Part shown: positions 20,944 through 31,860 of the stretch, one piece after another
Numbering within the stretch: the first letter of the stretch is position 1
Layout of the letters: each line of letters begins with the position of its first letter
NCBI GenBank assembly: GCA_041742695.1
Contig: JBGTOF010000299.1
Location: 2,873-66,872 of the forward strand
Length of the DNA stretch: 64,000 nucleotides
Reading direction: 5' to 3'
Source of the DNA: Elainellales cyanobacterium
GTDB lineage: Bacteria; Cyanobacteriota; Cyanobacteriia; Elainellales; Elainellaceae
Translations under genes and position numbers: made by a program
Notes under the pieces: generated by a model
What the model saw: only the letters and a program-made list of their open reading frames with translations
Databases searched by the model: none
What the model was told of the DNA's origin: nothing

Positions 20944-21609
20944 TTTTTTGGTTCCTTATTCAACAAACAACTAACAATCAAACTTAATCTGGAGATTATC
21001 TCAGAATCACCCTGCTTTGCAGTCAGCAAAACTAGGCGGATGTAATCTATCAGTATCAATCTGAATATCACCCGCTTGACAATCTTTCAGATCTGTTTTT
21101 GCAGGTTGCAACTACAGCCTTGAATTAGTGCGCGGGAGCATTCTTGAGCGTCCTAATTAACAGGCTTGCGGCGAATTAGGTTTGACTTCAACTCACAGCT
21201 AATATTATCAAGGCAAGAGGTGGTAGTGTATCGACCTTTAGCTGTAACTTAGAGCTGATTTTCCATTACCGTAGTATTAGACCTGATGCAGCATCTACTC
21301 TCTCGAAATGCACAGGGGCGATCGCCCAGAGCCTAATAAAGATACCTCAACAAAGGCTTTGACAGCTTCTGGCTATCAGCCCTACTCTGGGTATTACCTT
21401 AAATAGAACAAATAGCAGTGACCTTCAAGAGTCAGTGGGGTTCTTGTTTTTAGAACAGATTCCACTCCGATTTATTCTGATTTATTTGGCCGAGTGCATA
21501 TTTATGAAACACTGATGAAATGGTATAGGAAATGTCACCGATTGCTGTGCTTTGATGGTGTGCTTTGAATAAAGGGCTTTCTTAAGCCCGTGTGAGTTAT
21601 AAAACTGTC

Positions 21610-22245
21610 ATGGATGAATCTCTTCGTCAACTTGTGGCCGAGGCCTGTAGCTATCCTCCCGGTAGCGTCAAGCGACAACGTGCCCTCACTCGCATTATTC
21701 GCTTGACCTCCAAAAAACTATGGCGAGAGTCTACCCCTCACTATGAAGATGCGCTGCAACAAACCTGGGTCTATTTCTGCCAAAACATTTGTGAGGCCAA
21801 CACCGCCGATCATCCCTACGATCCAACGCGGGGCACGGTTTCTACTTGGCTCAATGCCTATCTCAAACGGCGACTGCAAGATGGCTACATTCGTGACCAA
21901 GAAACCCGACACCGTGCTGCGCCTGCCAAAACGCTCACTAGCGATCCCGATCATCCCAAGAATCCAGTCGAAGATGTCGCTGCGCCACCCGACTTGCCGC
22001 CCATTCTAGAGACGGTGCAGTTGTGGGTTGAGCGCGATGCCTCAGGCGACCTATGTGCTACGCATATTGAAGGGCATCCTCAGGTCAATTGCCAAACCTT
22101 AATTCTGCGGCGGATGCCGCCAGAGCAAGGCTGGAAAGACCTGTCCGCTGAATTTGGTCTGCCAATCTCTACCCTTAGCAGCTTTTATCAGCGGCAATGT
22201 TTGCCAAGGCTGCGTAAATTCGGTGAATCAGAGGGATATCTATAA
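21610..22245 (+). CDS. Sigma-70/ECF-like RNA polymerase sigma-factor-like protein
   Basis: YEDALQQTW...YDPTRGTVSTWLNAYLKRRL (region 2-like) and WKDLSAEFGLPISTLSSFY HTH (region 4-like). Confidence 0.75.
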   Translation: MDESLRQLVAEACSYPPGSVKRQRALTRIIRLTSKKLWRESTPHYEDALQQTWVYFCQNICEANTADHPYDPTRGTVSTWLNAYLKRRLQDGYIRDQETRHRAAPAKTLTSDPDHPKNPVEDVAAPPDLPPILETVQLWVERDASGDLCATHIEGHPQVNCQTLILRRMPPEQGWKDLSAEFGLPISTLSSFYQRQCLPRLRKFGESEGYL

Positions 22246-22260
22246 AGGAGGTTTGGCACT

Positions 22261-23307
22261 ATGGTTTACAACACAGATTTTTCTCTCACGCTACCGATTA
22301 CACGAGATGCGTTGCATAGGGCAGAGCAATTTGCGCTACGGCAACCCAGTCCCCACAAGGCCGCTCAGGTGAAATACAATACCCTGGCGGTTCAAGCGGT
22401 TCATGCTTACTTGCAGCTGATGGGTGTGGCGACAGACCTGACTGCTGGCGATAGCTGGAATCCGGTGGTGCAACTCTGGGCCGATACGGCAGATCTAGAG
22501 GTGTCTAGAGTGGGACGGTTGGAATGTCGGCCCGTGGTGGTTACGGGTCGTGGCGTCCCAGTGCCCTTGAGCTGTCCTATTCCGCCAGAGGTGTGGAGCG
22601 ATCGCATTGGGTATGTGGTGGTTCAACTCAATGAAGCTACCCGCGAAGCAGAGATTCTAGGCTTTAGCCCGTCCGCAGCAGTAGAAAATTTGCCCCTGAA
22701 TCAGCTCCAACCGATTGAAGACCTGATGACGCATTTGGCGGCGTTGCAGACGCAGGCGAGTCCTCAGCCAGTGTGGGAGACTTGGGCGACGTTGGGGCAA
22801 TGGTTGCAGGGACTGGTGGATGCTGGGTGGAGCACAGCTGAGTCGGTGCTCAATCCGCCCCAGTTGGGCTACGCCATGCGAAGTGCTCTGACGGCAGAGT
22901 CGTCAGCGCTAGCGTTTGTCACTCGCCAAGCCAAGCCTATCGATGTAGGCGTACCGCTGGTGTTGGTGATGGCGTTGAGGCCTGATCCGAGTTCTCCTGA
23001 TCCAATAGAGAATGCTTCGAGTGGGGAGGTGCGGCAGGCCGAAAATCGCGACTTGATGCCTTCTGAATCTAGTCAAACTCCCGCTAGCATTGACATGGTG
23101 GTGCAGGTGCATCCGGTGCAAACGGCAACGTTACCCCCAGACGTGATGCTGCAGGTTTTAGATGAGACTGGTGCAGAATTTTTGGCAGCGCGATCGCACG
23201 TCGAGGATGACTACATCCAGTTGCAGCTTAGCGGTGCGTCGGGTGAGCGGTTTCAAGTGCGGGTGAGTCTGGGCGATCGCACCGTGACTGAATTCTTCCA
23301 AATTTAG
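22261..23307 (+). CDS. DUF1822 family protein
   Basis: AEQFA...YNTLAVQAVHAYL, GRLECRPV, DRIGYVVVQL and LGQWL motifs; C-terminal beta domain ending TEFFQI; AGGAGG RBS. Confidence 0.85.
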   Translation: MVYNTDFSLTLPITRDALHRAEQFALRQPSPHKAAQVKYNTLAVQAVHAYLQLMGVATDLTAGDSWNPVVQLWADTADLEVSRVGRLECRPVVVTGRGVPVPLSCPIPPEVWSDRIGYVVVQLNEATREAEILGFSPSAAVENLPLNQLQPIEDLMTHLAALQTQASPQPVWETWATLGQWLQGLVDAGWSTAESVLNPPQLGYAMRSALTAESSALAFVTRQAKPIDVGVPLVLVMALRPDPSSPDPIENASSGEVRQAENRDLMPSESSQTPASIDMVVQVHPVQTATLPPDVMLQVLDETGAEFLAARSHVEDDYIQLQLSGASGERFQVRVSLGDRTVTEFFQI

Positions 23308-23437
23308 CCAGGTGCGCTCCAATTTCGCACAGGACTTGAACCCCAACCTTGAGCAACACGCCGTAGCTGGCTCTGCCTGATGGTAAGCCACTGATGGAAT
23401 TGCGACGCATCGCAACACTGTGACAGCATGATTTCCT

Positions 23438-25897
23438 ATGGGCAAGCTGGTCAGCTTAAAAATTGGGACAGGGAGTTTTGAGATCGGCTTTCCTGTGGTG
23501 ATGCAGTTGGCCGACGAAGCGGATGACGACAATGCGTTGACTGTGCGCCCTGTTGCGGAACTCACGGGCTCGCTGCCCCCTATGCCCGATTTGCCGCTGG
23601 CGTATGAGGCGTGGCGATCGCACTACCGCCAGTTGGGAGACGTGACGCGTCTAAATGCCCCTAAACAGCAGCAAACCAATGTGTCTCGGGCTGCGCAACA
23701 GCAGGCTTGTCTGGATGCAGCCTATCACGTGAGCGATCGCCTCAATCAGTGGTTGCAAAGCGCGCCGTTTCGACCCCTGAGAGAAAAGTGTTTAGAAACG
23801 CTGCACCCCACTGACGCCATTCGGGTTCTCATTCAAACGCCAGATGCGGCATTGCGGCGGCTGCCTTGGCATGTGTGGGATGTATTAGAACGCTATCCCA
23901 ATGCAGAGGTGGCGCTTAGCGCGGCCAGCTATGAGCGTCCGCTCCAGCGAATAGAACAGACCACGGAGAAAGCTCACACCGTCCGCATTCTGGCGATTTT
24001 GGGTGATGATACGGGACTCGATGTAGCGGGCGATCGCGCCCTGCTAGCCCAGTTGCCCAACAGCCACGTGCAGATATTGGTCAAGCCTCGTCGCCAAGAT
24101 CTGACCGATCAGTTGTGGGAGCAACCGTGGGATATTTTGTTCTTTGCAGGCCACAGCGCCACCGATGCCAGCGGCAATACGGGCACCTTGGCGATCAACT
24201 CGACTGAGCAGTTGACCTTAGCAGAATTGCGCTACGGTCTGCGCCACGCGCTAGCACATGGGCTAACCTTGGCGATCTTTAACTCTTGCGATGGGCTGGG
24301 TCTGGCGCACGAGCTAGCGGATCTCTATATTCCCCAGCTTGTGGTGATGCGCGAGCCGATCCCCGACTTGGTGGCGCAGACCTTTCTTCGCTATTTCTTA
24401 ACGGCATTTTCTCGCGGCGGCACGCTCTACAACGCCCTGCGCAATGCCCGCGAACGCCTGCAAGCGTTAGAAGACCGCTTTGTCTGCGCGACTTGGCTGC
24501 CGGTGCTGGTGCAAAACCCAGCCGTGCGTCCCCCCACATGGGCGCAACTGGCAGGCGACGGATCTGACCGGTCATCCACTCAATCATCGGGGCACGTGTC
24601 AAAAGACGTGCCGCCGCACCCAAAGCCACCCGCGTTGTTGATGCGTGGGCGCAATCTTTTCCCCATCATTCCCAGCGGGCTCAGTGCAGCGGCGGGGGGT
24701 GCAGTCTTGCTGCTGCGGCTAGCTGGAGGGTTAGAGGCACTAGAACTGGCGGCGTTTGACCAGTTCATGCGCTGGCGGCCAGCTGAGTCGATCGATTATC
24801 GTGTCCTCATTGTCACGATCGATCAGCAGGAGCAACAGCGGTTTGGCAACCCCAGCCGCACTCCACCCGAATCCATTACGGATGAACATTTGAGTCGGGC
24901 GATCGCCCGTCTACAAACAGCAGAACCCCGCGTTATCGGCTTAGATATTTATCGAGATCAGCTTGTAGATACGGCAAACCCTGAACTGGCTGCAGCCTAC
25001 GCAAAGGATTCGCGCATCATTGGGGTCTGCCAAGGCGTTAACGAGTCTGGCGAGGGCATTGCGGCTCCTCCTAGTTTGCCAGCAGAGCAAGTTGGGTTTA
25101 GCGACTTTGCACTTGATCCGCATGGGGTTATCCGGCGGCAGCTTGTCTCAAAGCTGGATCGAGAGATGGACCCCGAAGCGCCCTGCATAACAACGGTGGC
25201 CTTTAGCACCCAGCTTGCGTTTCGTTATCTGCATGGGGAGAAGGAAGAAGTCGGAGGCGCCCCGCTCAATTTGCAAGAGGCGCTATTAAAGTTGATTCAA
25301 CGCCACGCTCTGCACCATCGCGGAGGATACCGCCACGGTGGCGGTGGATATCAGTTGCTCCTTAACTATCGCGCTCATCCCCAGCCATTTGAGGCGGTTT
25401 CGCTGACGAATCTGCTCGAAGGGCGCGTGAATCCTGAGGTGGTGCGCGATCGTACGGTGGTTCTTGGGGTGACTGCTGTCAACTCCTTAACCGGGGCTGA
25501 CGATGTGCACCCTACGCCCCTGGGTCAGATGCCTGGAGTTGTAGTGCAGGTGCATATGGCCAGTCAGTTGATCAGTGCAGTGCTAGATGGGCGATCGCTC
25601 CTTCGCCTGTGGCAGCCTGCAGGCGAAACGTTGTGGGTCGTGGGCTGGTCGCTAGCAGCCGGGCTAGCCACAGGGTGGATCCGGGGAACCCAATGGGGCT
25701 GGAGGGCGATCGCTCGGCTGGTTTTGTTCTTTGGCGCGTTCAGCATGACGCTAACGGCCACAGCTCTGTTTCTGTTCCTGGTCGGAGTTTGGGTGCCGTT
25801 TATCCCAGCGTTAATGGGAGGTGCGATCGCCACTGTCGTTGTTTATTTCTTTAACCTGCTTAATCAAGGAACTCAACCGCGCCGTCTCCGTCGCTAG
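23438..25897 (+). CDS. CHAT (caspase-like) protease fused to CHASE2 sensor membrane protein
   Basis: LPWH, FFAGHS (His) and IFNSCDG (Cys) CHAT motifs; TM; CHASE2 motifs (IVTID, VIGLDIY, VGFSD, GVIRR, MPGV); three C-terminal TMs. Confidence 0.9.
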   Translation: MGKLVSLKIGTGSFEIGFPVVMQLADEADDDNALTVRPVAELTGSLPPMPDLPLAYEAWRSHYRQLGDVTRLNAPKQQQTNVSRAAQQQACLDAAYHVSDRLNQWLQSAPFRPLREKCLETLHPTDAIRVLIQTPDAALRRLPWHVWDVLERYPNAEVALSAASYERPLQRIEQTTEKAHTVRILAILGDDTGLDVAGDRALLAQLPNSHVQILVKPRRQDLTDQLWEQPWDILFFAGHSATDASGNTGTLAINSTEQLTLAELRYGLRHALAHGLTLAIFNSCDGLGLAHELADLYIPQLVVMREPIPDLVAQTFLRYFLTAFSRGGTLYNALRNARERLQALEDRFVCATWLPVLVQNPAVRPPTWAQLAGDGSDRSSTQSSGHVSKDVPPHPKPPALLMRGRNLFPIIPSGLSAAAGGAVLLLRLAGGLEALELAAFDQFMRWRPAESIDYRVLIVTIDQQEQQRFGNPSRTPPESITDEHLSRAIARLQTAEPRVIGLDIYRDQLVDTANPELAAAYAKDSRIIGVCQGVNESGEGIAAPPSLPAEQVGFSDFALDPHGVIRRQLVSKLDREMDPEAPCITTVAFSTQLAFRYLHGEKEEVGGAPLNLQEALLKLIQRHALHHRGGYRHGGGGYQLLLNYRAHPQPFEAVSLTNLLEGRVNPEVVRDRTVVLGVTAVNSLTGADDVHPTPLGQMPGVVVQVHMASQLISAVLDGRSLLRLWQPAGETLWVVGWSLAAGLATGWIRGTQWGWRAIARLVLFFGAFSMTLTATALFLFLVGVWVPFIPALMGGAIATVVVYFFNLLNQGTQPRRLRR

Positions 25898-26629
25898 CGG
25901 CTATCTATCACAGACAAAACACAGCTGAACCATCGGCAAGATCAGTCTCTGTTGGAAATAGCTTAAGGGCGTTCAATACGTTAGTCACATCCTTTGGTTA
26001 GGCTAGCGCGGGCGGTTGCATGCAGCAGATGATTAGGTGTAGGCCCAACCTGCACACAATCACCTCAACGTCCTAAAATGCCGCATGATGAATGTTTATC
26101 CTATCGAGATAAAATTTTGCAAGATGCCAGCATCTCTCCTTAGGTAGAGACGTAAATTGTGACAAACGGTACTAGCTATCAGTGTTCACATACGTTAAAA
26201 CTTTAGATAGATAAGATATTCAGCGAATTGTACGCAATCCCTGGCAGTGAAAAGTTTTAGACTTTAGTGTGAGACTTTATCGGCTCATGCTTACAGGATT
26301 GTTGCCGTGATTTTTTCTGTAAATGTAAGCGTTTTAAATTCAATGCTGAGCATGATTTGCTCAGAGAAACTTGGGTGGAATTTATAGATCGTAGGAATCT
26401 TGAATTCAAGAATTCCTTAATAAGTCATCGATTGCAAGAGTTCGGTCTCTCATGCAAATCTTGGTCGGCATAAGCTGGTCGATATAACGTTTAGTTATTC
26501 TCACACAAGTTGTTTTTGTAAAAGCTTGACGCAAGAAATAGCGAGTAGCCTAGTAGATTAAGCAGGCAGTTAATGCTCTAAATTCCTTATATAGATTTAT
26601 TTTGCATTTGAATCGGTTCACCTGTAATT

Positions 26630-27934
26630 TTGTTGGCATCTATGACACGTTCTAAGCATCTATTCAGTTCGATGGCTCAACTATCTTCTAGGTCTGTGCT
26701 CTGTCTCCGCACTCTGGGAGTAGGCGCGTTGGCAGTGGCGATCGCCAGTTGCACAACCACCATGCCGACTCAATCAGAGGCATCCCCTAGCCCAACGGAT
26801 ACGCCCACGGTCGCAGTAGACCCCAGTTCGGTTGAGGCTCCAACAGGCGAACCTGCCGCAGAAGGACAGGGGCACAGCGTTCAAGCGGTAACGTTGGTAG
26901 AAAACCTAGAGCATCCATGGGGCATGGTGTGGCTTCCCGATGGCGCCATGCTAGTAACTGAGCGTCCTGGGCGGCTGCGGATCATTCGGAACAATGCACT
27001 AGAGCCCAATCCCGTTGCGGGGGTGCCTGAGGTGTTGACCGCAGGGCAAGGTGGCTTGCTAGATATTTCGCTGCATCCCCAGTTTGAAGACAACGGCTGG
27101 GTCTATTTCACCTATGCCCACGGCACTTCAGATGCCAACCGTACCCGTGTGGCGCGAGCACAGTTCGACGGCTCCAGCCTGTCAAACTGGACGGTAATTT
27201 TTGAGGTCGAGCGGGACAAGCCCGGTGGGCAGCATTTTGGCTCGCGTATGACTTGGCTTCCTGACGAGACGCTTCTAGTAGCCTTTGGCGATGGGGGAAA
27301 CCCTCCCGTACGACTGGATGGAAATTTGATTCGCAACCAGGCGCAGAACCGCAACAGCCGTCTGGGAGCAGTAGTACGAATCAACGACGATGGCTCTATT
27401 CCCGCCGATAACCCGTTTGCCAATGCCTCAGATGCTGATCCAGCCCTATGGAGCTATGGGCATCGCAATATTCAAGGCTTGGTGCGCGATCCTGAAACAA
27501 ACGTGGTTTGGTCTACAGAGCATGGCCCACGGGGGGGGGATGAACTTAATATAATTGAGCCGGGTGAAAACTATGGTTGGCCTGTGGTGACGCAAGGCCA
27601 AGAATATGCGGGAGGGCCGGTGTCGAATGAGCGATCGCGCCCAGATATGGTCGATCCCTTGCTGGTGTGGACGCCCTCTAAAGCCCCATCTGGATTAGAG
27701 GTCTATCGGGGCGATCGCTTTCTTCAATGGCGGGGGCATCTATTTTCTGGCGGCCTAGTCACTCAAGATGTGCGCCGTATTGAGGTCGATGCTGCTGGAA
27801 CTGTCGTCGCACAAGAGTCGATCGAGATTGGGCAGCGTGTCCGTGATGTGCGCCAAGGCCCAGATGGGTTGCTCTACGTGCTGACCGATGAATCTAATGG
27901 TCGTTTGATCCGACTTGAGCCTACTGATGGTTGA
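26630..27934 (+). CDS. PQQ-dependent sugar dehydrogenase (GSDH/YliI family) lipoprotein
   Basis: Lipobox AIASC; LEHPWG, VTERPGRL, GQGGLLD, YGHRNIQG and EHGPRGGDELN motifs. Confidence 0.92.
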   Translation: MLASMTRSKHLFSSMAQLSSRSVLCLRTLGVGALAVAIASCTTTMPTQSEASPSPTDTPTVAVDPSSVEAPTGEPAAEGQGHSVQAVTLVENLEHPWGMVWLPDGAMLVTERPGRLRIIRNNALEPNPVAGVPEVLTAGQGGLLDISLHPQFEDNGWVYFTYAHGTSDANRTRVARAQFDGSSLSNWTVIFEVERDKPGGQHFGSRMTWLPDETLLVAFGDGGNPPVRLDGNLIRNQAQNRNSRLGAVVRINDDGSIPADNPFANASDADPALWSYGHRNIQGLVRDPETNVVWSTEHGPRGGDELNIIEPGENYGWPVVTQGQEYAGGPVSNERSRPDMVDPLLVWTPSKAPSGLEVYRGDRFLQWRGHLFSGGLVTQDVRRIEVDAAGTVVAQESIEIGQRVRDVRQGPDGLLYVLTDESNGRLIRLEPTDG

Positions 27935-28299
27935 CCGACGGGAGTAGAGTAATACCAGTCTATCCACCCACAATCAACCTGATCGATCAATGCGGCTGAA
28001 ATACATAATTCCCAGCCTGATCTACGGTCTGAACCTAAACGTTTTGCAACGTCGCGCTCTGTAGAATGTTTCAAATCTGTTACCGCTCAGTATGAGTCCG
28101 CATTAAAAAGCCCACTTGTTCTAGTGTGTAGGGCTTGAACAAATGGGCTATGAGCTTCAGTTTAGTTAAAGGTCGGCAGGATTAATCGAGAGGGGCTTTT
28201 AATCCTTAAAGACTAAATAACATATGATCTATATTCTCTGTGAGCAACCTACCTGTGAACCTTTGGGGATCATGGTTTGATTATCTGAAATGAGACTTT

Positions 28300-28443
28300 T
28301 TACTGGCACTCCACATAAGCAGGCGTGCAAGGGGGGTTCTTCATTTGCATGTCGCCTATGCTGGCTGATTCAACAGACATTAGGGTAGAAGCGTTAGCTG
28401 CAAATGAAGACAGTAGAACAATGGTAGAAACAAGAAAACTCAT
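28300..28443 (-). CDS. Putative 47-aa secreted peptide with two C-terminal Cys (not in ORF track)
   Basis: MSFLVSTIVLLSSFAANASTLMSVESASIGDMQMKNPPCTPAYVECQ*; AGAGGG RBS just upstream of the ATG. Confidence 0.5.
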   Translation of the reverse strand: MSFLVSTIVLLSSFAANASTLMSVESASIGDMQMKNPPCTPAYVECQ

Positions 28444-28648
28444 AATCCCTCTTTTGATAGATGCAACCTTTCAACCTTATATTCGCCCATTACTCTGCTA
28501 ATGCAGATCCGGGCAAATAACCAAAGTTGGCTTAAAAAACTAAGTAAAGACTAGAGCATTTGCTGAGGTCGCGTCTAAGAGGGCCAAGACGAATCTCTCA
28601 ATACTTTTCCATAATCCTCTCATACGCACCCAACGAGCCCTGGAAAAG

Positions 28649-28734
28649 TTTAACGCGCTGGTTTGAGTGTTTATTGTTGTGAATCCCTGCGCACTAGAGG
28701 GTTCACAACAATGATTATCCTATTGGTTGCAATA
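28649..28734 (+). repeat. Repeat family 2 copy
   Basis: TTAACGCGCTGGTTTGAGTGTTT, ATTGTTGTGAA/TTCACAACAAT stem, GGTTGCAATA end. Confidence 0.8.
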
Positions 28735-28980
28735 CAGAAAGACATGGGACAGCTCCAAACGAGTCATACCTGGGCGTCGTCCTTGCTTTACTGAATCATG
28801 GCCTATGTAGGATTACCTAAAATGTAAGCTCTTGATGCGGGATATGTGCTGGGTCGAGTTCTTACCTCTTAAAATCTCAGTTCGGTTGAAGAAGGTTTCT
28901 GCGTTTTGAGTCTCGCGTGGTAACCAAAACAACTCCAATCGCGCGCGAGCTATCGAAGGGAATTTGAGCGCATTTCGAAC

Positions 28981-30039
28981 TTACGGTTTTTGATCTGCAG
29001 CCAAGTCAAAGCCATCGGGCAAGATAGCGTTTTCGAGTTGTGCACCGTCTAAATTAGCATTCCACAAGTTGGCTTGTCGCAAGTTTGCACCTCGCAGGTC
29101 TGCATTTTGCAGATTTGCATTGCTGAGATTGGCCATGCCAAAGTTGGCCCGGCCTAGCTTTGCATAGGTTAGATTGGCTTGAGTGAGCGACGCTTCGCGC
29201 ACATCCGCTTCGGTGAAGTTAGCGCCTTGAAGATTGGCTGAATAAAGATTAGCGCCAATCAGGTTGGTGCCGATGAGGGTAGCATCAATCAGAGAGGCGT
29301 GGCTTAAGTTTGCCATGCAGAGGTTTGCCATGCTGAGATTGGCACGGGATGCGTTCGCGTAGTATAGGGTGGCTCCGATTAAATTTGCAAGCGATAAAAT
29401 TGCCAGGCTGAGATTGGTCTGGCGCAGGTCGACTTCGCGTAGGTTGGCTTGGGTCAGCGTTGCTTCGCGTAAATCGGCTTGGCTTAGGTTGGTGCCATAG
29501 AGATGGGCTTGACTGAGATTGGCGGTGTACAACCGGGCTTGGTGTAGATTGGCACGATTGAGGTTGGCGTCTCGCAAATTAGCCAGGGAGAGATCGGCGT
29601 GACTGAGGTTGGCGTGATTAAGGTTAGCCTTTTCGAGAATGGCTTCACGTAGGTTGGCGTGGCGCAAGTCAGCCATGGCTAGGGTCGCCAAGGTCAGGTT
29701 GGCGCGGCTTAAATTAGAGTCTGCTAGGTTGGCCTCGCGCAGGTCTGCGCCCAGTAAGTTGGCTTCTTGCAGATTGGCTTGCTGAAGATCAGTGGTGTAA
29801 AGAATTGCTTCTTTGAGGTTGGCGCGACACAGGTCGGCCTGCCGCAAATCTGCCATGCACAGGTCTACGTAGCTGAGCGCGCCATCTTGCAGGTTTGCCT
29901 GGTTGAGAGCTGCTTCTCGCAGGTTTGCTCGGTTTGAGGTCGAGGCAGCGAGTTTTGGATTAGCTTGATTCATTTCGCGCCAGTGGTTCCAGGTTGAAGC
30001 GCCTTGTTTTAACCGCAAGAGATGCTCTTGATTTGCCAT
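28981..30039 (-). CDS. Pentapeptide repeat protein
   Basis: MANQEHL...WNHWR N-terminus followed by a long run of A(N/D)Lxx repeats. Confidence 0.97.
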   Translation of the reverse strand: MANQEHLLRLKQGASTWNHWREMNQANPKLAASTSNRANLREAALNQANLQDGALSYVDLCMADLRQADLCRANLKEAILYTTDLQQANLQEANLLGADLREANLADSNLSRANLTLATLAMADLRHANLREAILEKANLNHANLSHADLSLANLRDANLNRANLHQARLYTANLSQAHLYGTNLSQADLREATLTQANLREVDLRQTNLSLAILSLANLIGATLYYANASRANLSMANLCMANLSHASLIDATLIGTNLIGANLYSANLQGANFTEADVREASLTQANLTYAKLGRANFGMANLSNANLQNADLRGANLRQANLWNANLDGAQLENAILPDGFDLAADQKP

Positions 30040-30709
30040 CTACACCCCGTTTGGCGATCGCCCTATTCTCACCAATCACCAATTCGGGCGATCGCCCGAC
30101 ATCTCTCTGACAGGTAGTAGCCTAAGTCTCCGAGAGTGCAGAGATTTAGACCAAACAAACTATCTCAAGACATGAGCGTTTCAAACGAGTATTCCCGTTT
30201 ATTTGCTAAAAACAAGCAGGTGCGGCATGCAAGTTCCGCCCAGAATGCGTTGAAGCTTGAGACTGCTAACATGGCAATCAATAGAAATCCTAGGTTTCAC
30301 CTTGCTTTCCGAGGTGAAATGAGACCATTGGTGGTGGTTATCACTGAGTAAGCCGTCGACGAATCCCAGTAGCGGAAATTACCGTAAGCAGTAGGCCAAA
30401 AGTTGGCCCCCTTGAGTCAGAACCAAATTTTAGAGCGGGCTGAGGAGAGATTCACGGCGAGGCCAAGCAGATTCCGTTAAAATAGCGTAGCAATTACTTG
30501 AAGTTAGCGAGTGTCATCGAGTGCCTGAGGTAAGGAAAAACCCTTTAGCCCCTGGTTTTTGGGATTTTTTACTCTCTTAAATCGGCCACCTGACGGGCTT
30601 GTTCTCTAATCAACTGCTGAGTTGAACTTGGAGTTTAAGTGCATTTTTTCTACATTCGCTAATTTAATTGCTGCATGGAATGGGCGACTCCATCGCGGGA
30701 GGGTAACGA

Positions 30710-31270
30710 TTGCCAGAAGAACACGGCGTCAATTACTACAACTTTTTAGGTGTAACAACGGATGCGTCTGTGCAGGAGATTCGTCGAGCCTATCGGGAGA
30801 TGAGTAAGCTCTATCATCCTGATACGACTACCCTTCCAGCGGCGGTGGCGATCGCCAAGTTTCAGGACTTAAACGAAGCCTATGCAACGCTCAGCAGTCC
30901 TGATCGGAGGGCGGCGTATGATTTGGCACATGGCTACGGGCGAGTGCGGGTGATGCAATCAGCGTGGAACCTGGATGCGCCTGCAACGGCGAACAGCCAG
31001 AGGCGATCGCCCAAATTTCAAGAGCCGAGCGATCGCCCCCTTTCAGCAGGCGAACTCTTCGCTCTGTTCATTTTGGGTGTGACCTTTGTGGGCTGTCTCA
31101 TTCTGGTAGTCGCGATTGGTATCACGCGCGGCCCTAGTGCAGTCCGCTCATTCGATGGGTTAAACGCGGGTCAGGCTGCTGTGCAACAGTGGCAAGACCG
31201 CTCGCGTGTTGCCGTTCCGGTTGATCCGCGACCGGTGCAGACAGCCGAGGATGAGCCCATGTCTCAATAG
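30710..31270 (+). CDS. DnaJ (J-domain) membrane protein
   Basis: YYNFLGV...YHPD...LNEAYATLS; C-terminal TM. Confidence 0.88.
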   Translation: MPEEHGVNYYNFLGVTTDASVQEIRRAYREMSKLYHPDTTTLPAAVAIAKFQDLNEAYATLSSPDRRAAYDLAHGYGRVRVMQSAWNLDAPATANSQRRSPKFQEPSDRPLSAGELFALFILGVTFVGCLILVVAIGITRGPSAVRSFDGLNAGQAAVQQWQDRSRVAVPVDPRPVQTAEDEPMSQ

Positions 31271-31403
31271 CCACTCCATAAGCGAGTCAGCCTAGTTCGA
31301 CTGGTCTCAATTGAGAAAACTACTCTCTGGTTCCTGCTCTGTTACGCCTTCCCCAATGCCAAAACATTGGCTTAATTTACTCGAACGGTTAAGTATCCCT
31401 TTT

Positions 31404-31676
31404 ATGACACTTCCTCCAGCAGAAACTCCCCTCTACAATCACCCGTTGCCCGAAATAGAGGCCTGGCTTACGTCTCACGGCTGTCAGCAAGATCAATCCG
31501 ACTTGCACCGCTGGCTCGTTGCCAAAGTAGGATGGGACGCAGAAATCACAATGGACGTGGATGCGTTAATGGTGCGCTATGTCGGCGCAGGTAGCGATGG
31601 ATCTGATGTGGTGCGCTCCTTCAAATACTCCCTGAGTCGGCAGGATTTGGATCAGGTCATTTTTACCGGCCCCTAA
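31404..31676 (+). CDS. DUF3143 family protein
   Basis: TPLYNHPLPEIEAWL...RSFKYSLSRQD...GP. Confidence 0.8.
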   Translation: MTLPPAETPLYNHPLPEIEAWLTSHGCQQDQSDLHRWLVAKVGWDAEITMDVDALMVRYVGAGSDGSDVVRSFKYSLSRQDLDQVIFTGP

Positions 31677-31741
31677 GCTCAGGTGGCTCAATGATTACGC
31701 TTGTTCCTCTGGAGCGTAAGTCAGTCGGGAGAAGCTCAATC

Positions 31742-31850
31742 AACGTGCGTTCGATAGCGTTGTTTCAGCTCCGCAGCGTAGGGCTGAAATAACGCCAAAC
31801 CGTGCTGCTCGTAACAAGGGCACGAGTTAGAGATTTGTCGAACTGACATT
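31742..31850 (+). repeat. Repeat family 1 copy (most complete)
   Basis: AACGTGCGTTCGA...TCGAACTGACATT imperfect TIRs; GCGTTGTTTCAGC/GCTGAAATAACGC hairpin. Confidence 0.8.
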
Positions 31851-31860
31851 TCACTAAGGT

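Noticed and set aside
28981-30039. 15-bp periodicity in the DNA
   Set aside because: Fully explained by the pentapeptide-repeat coding sequence
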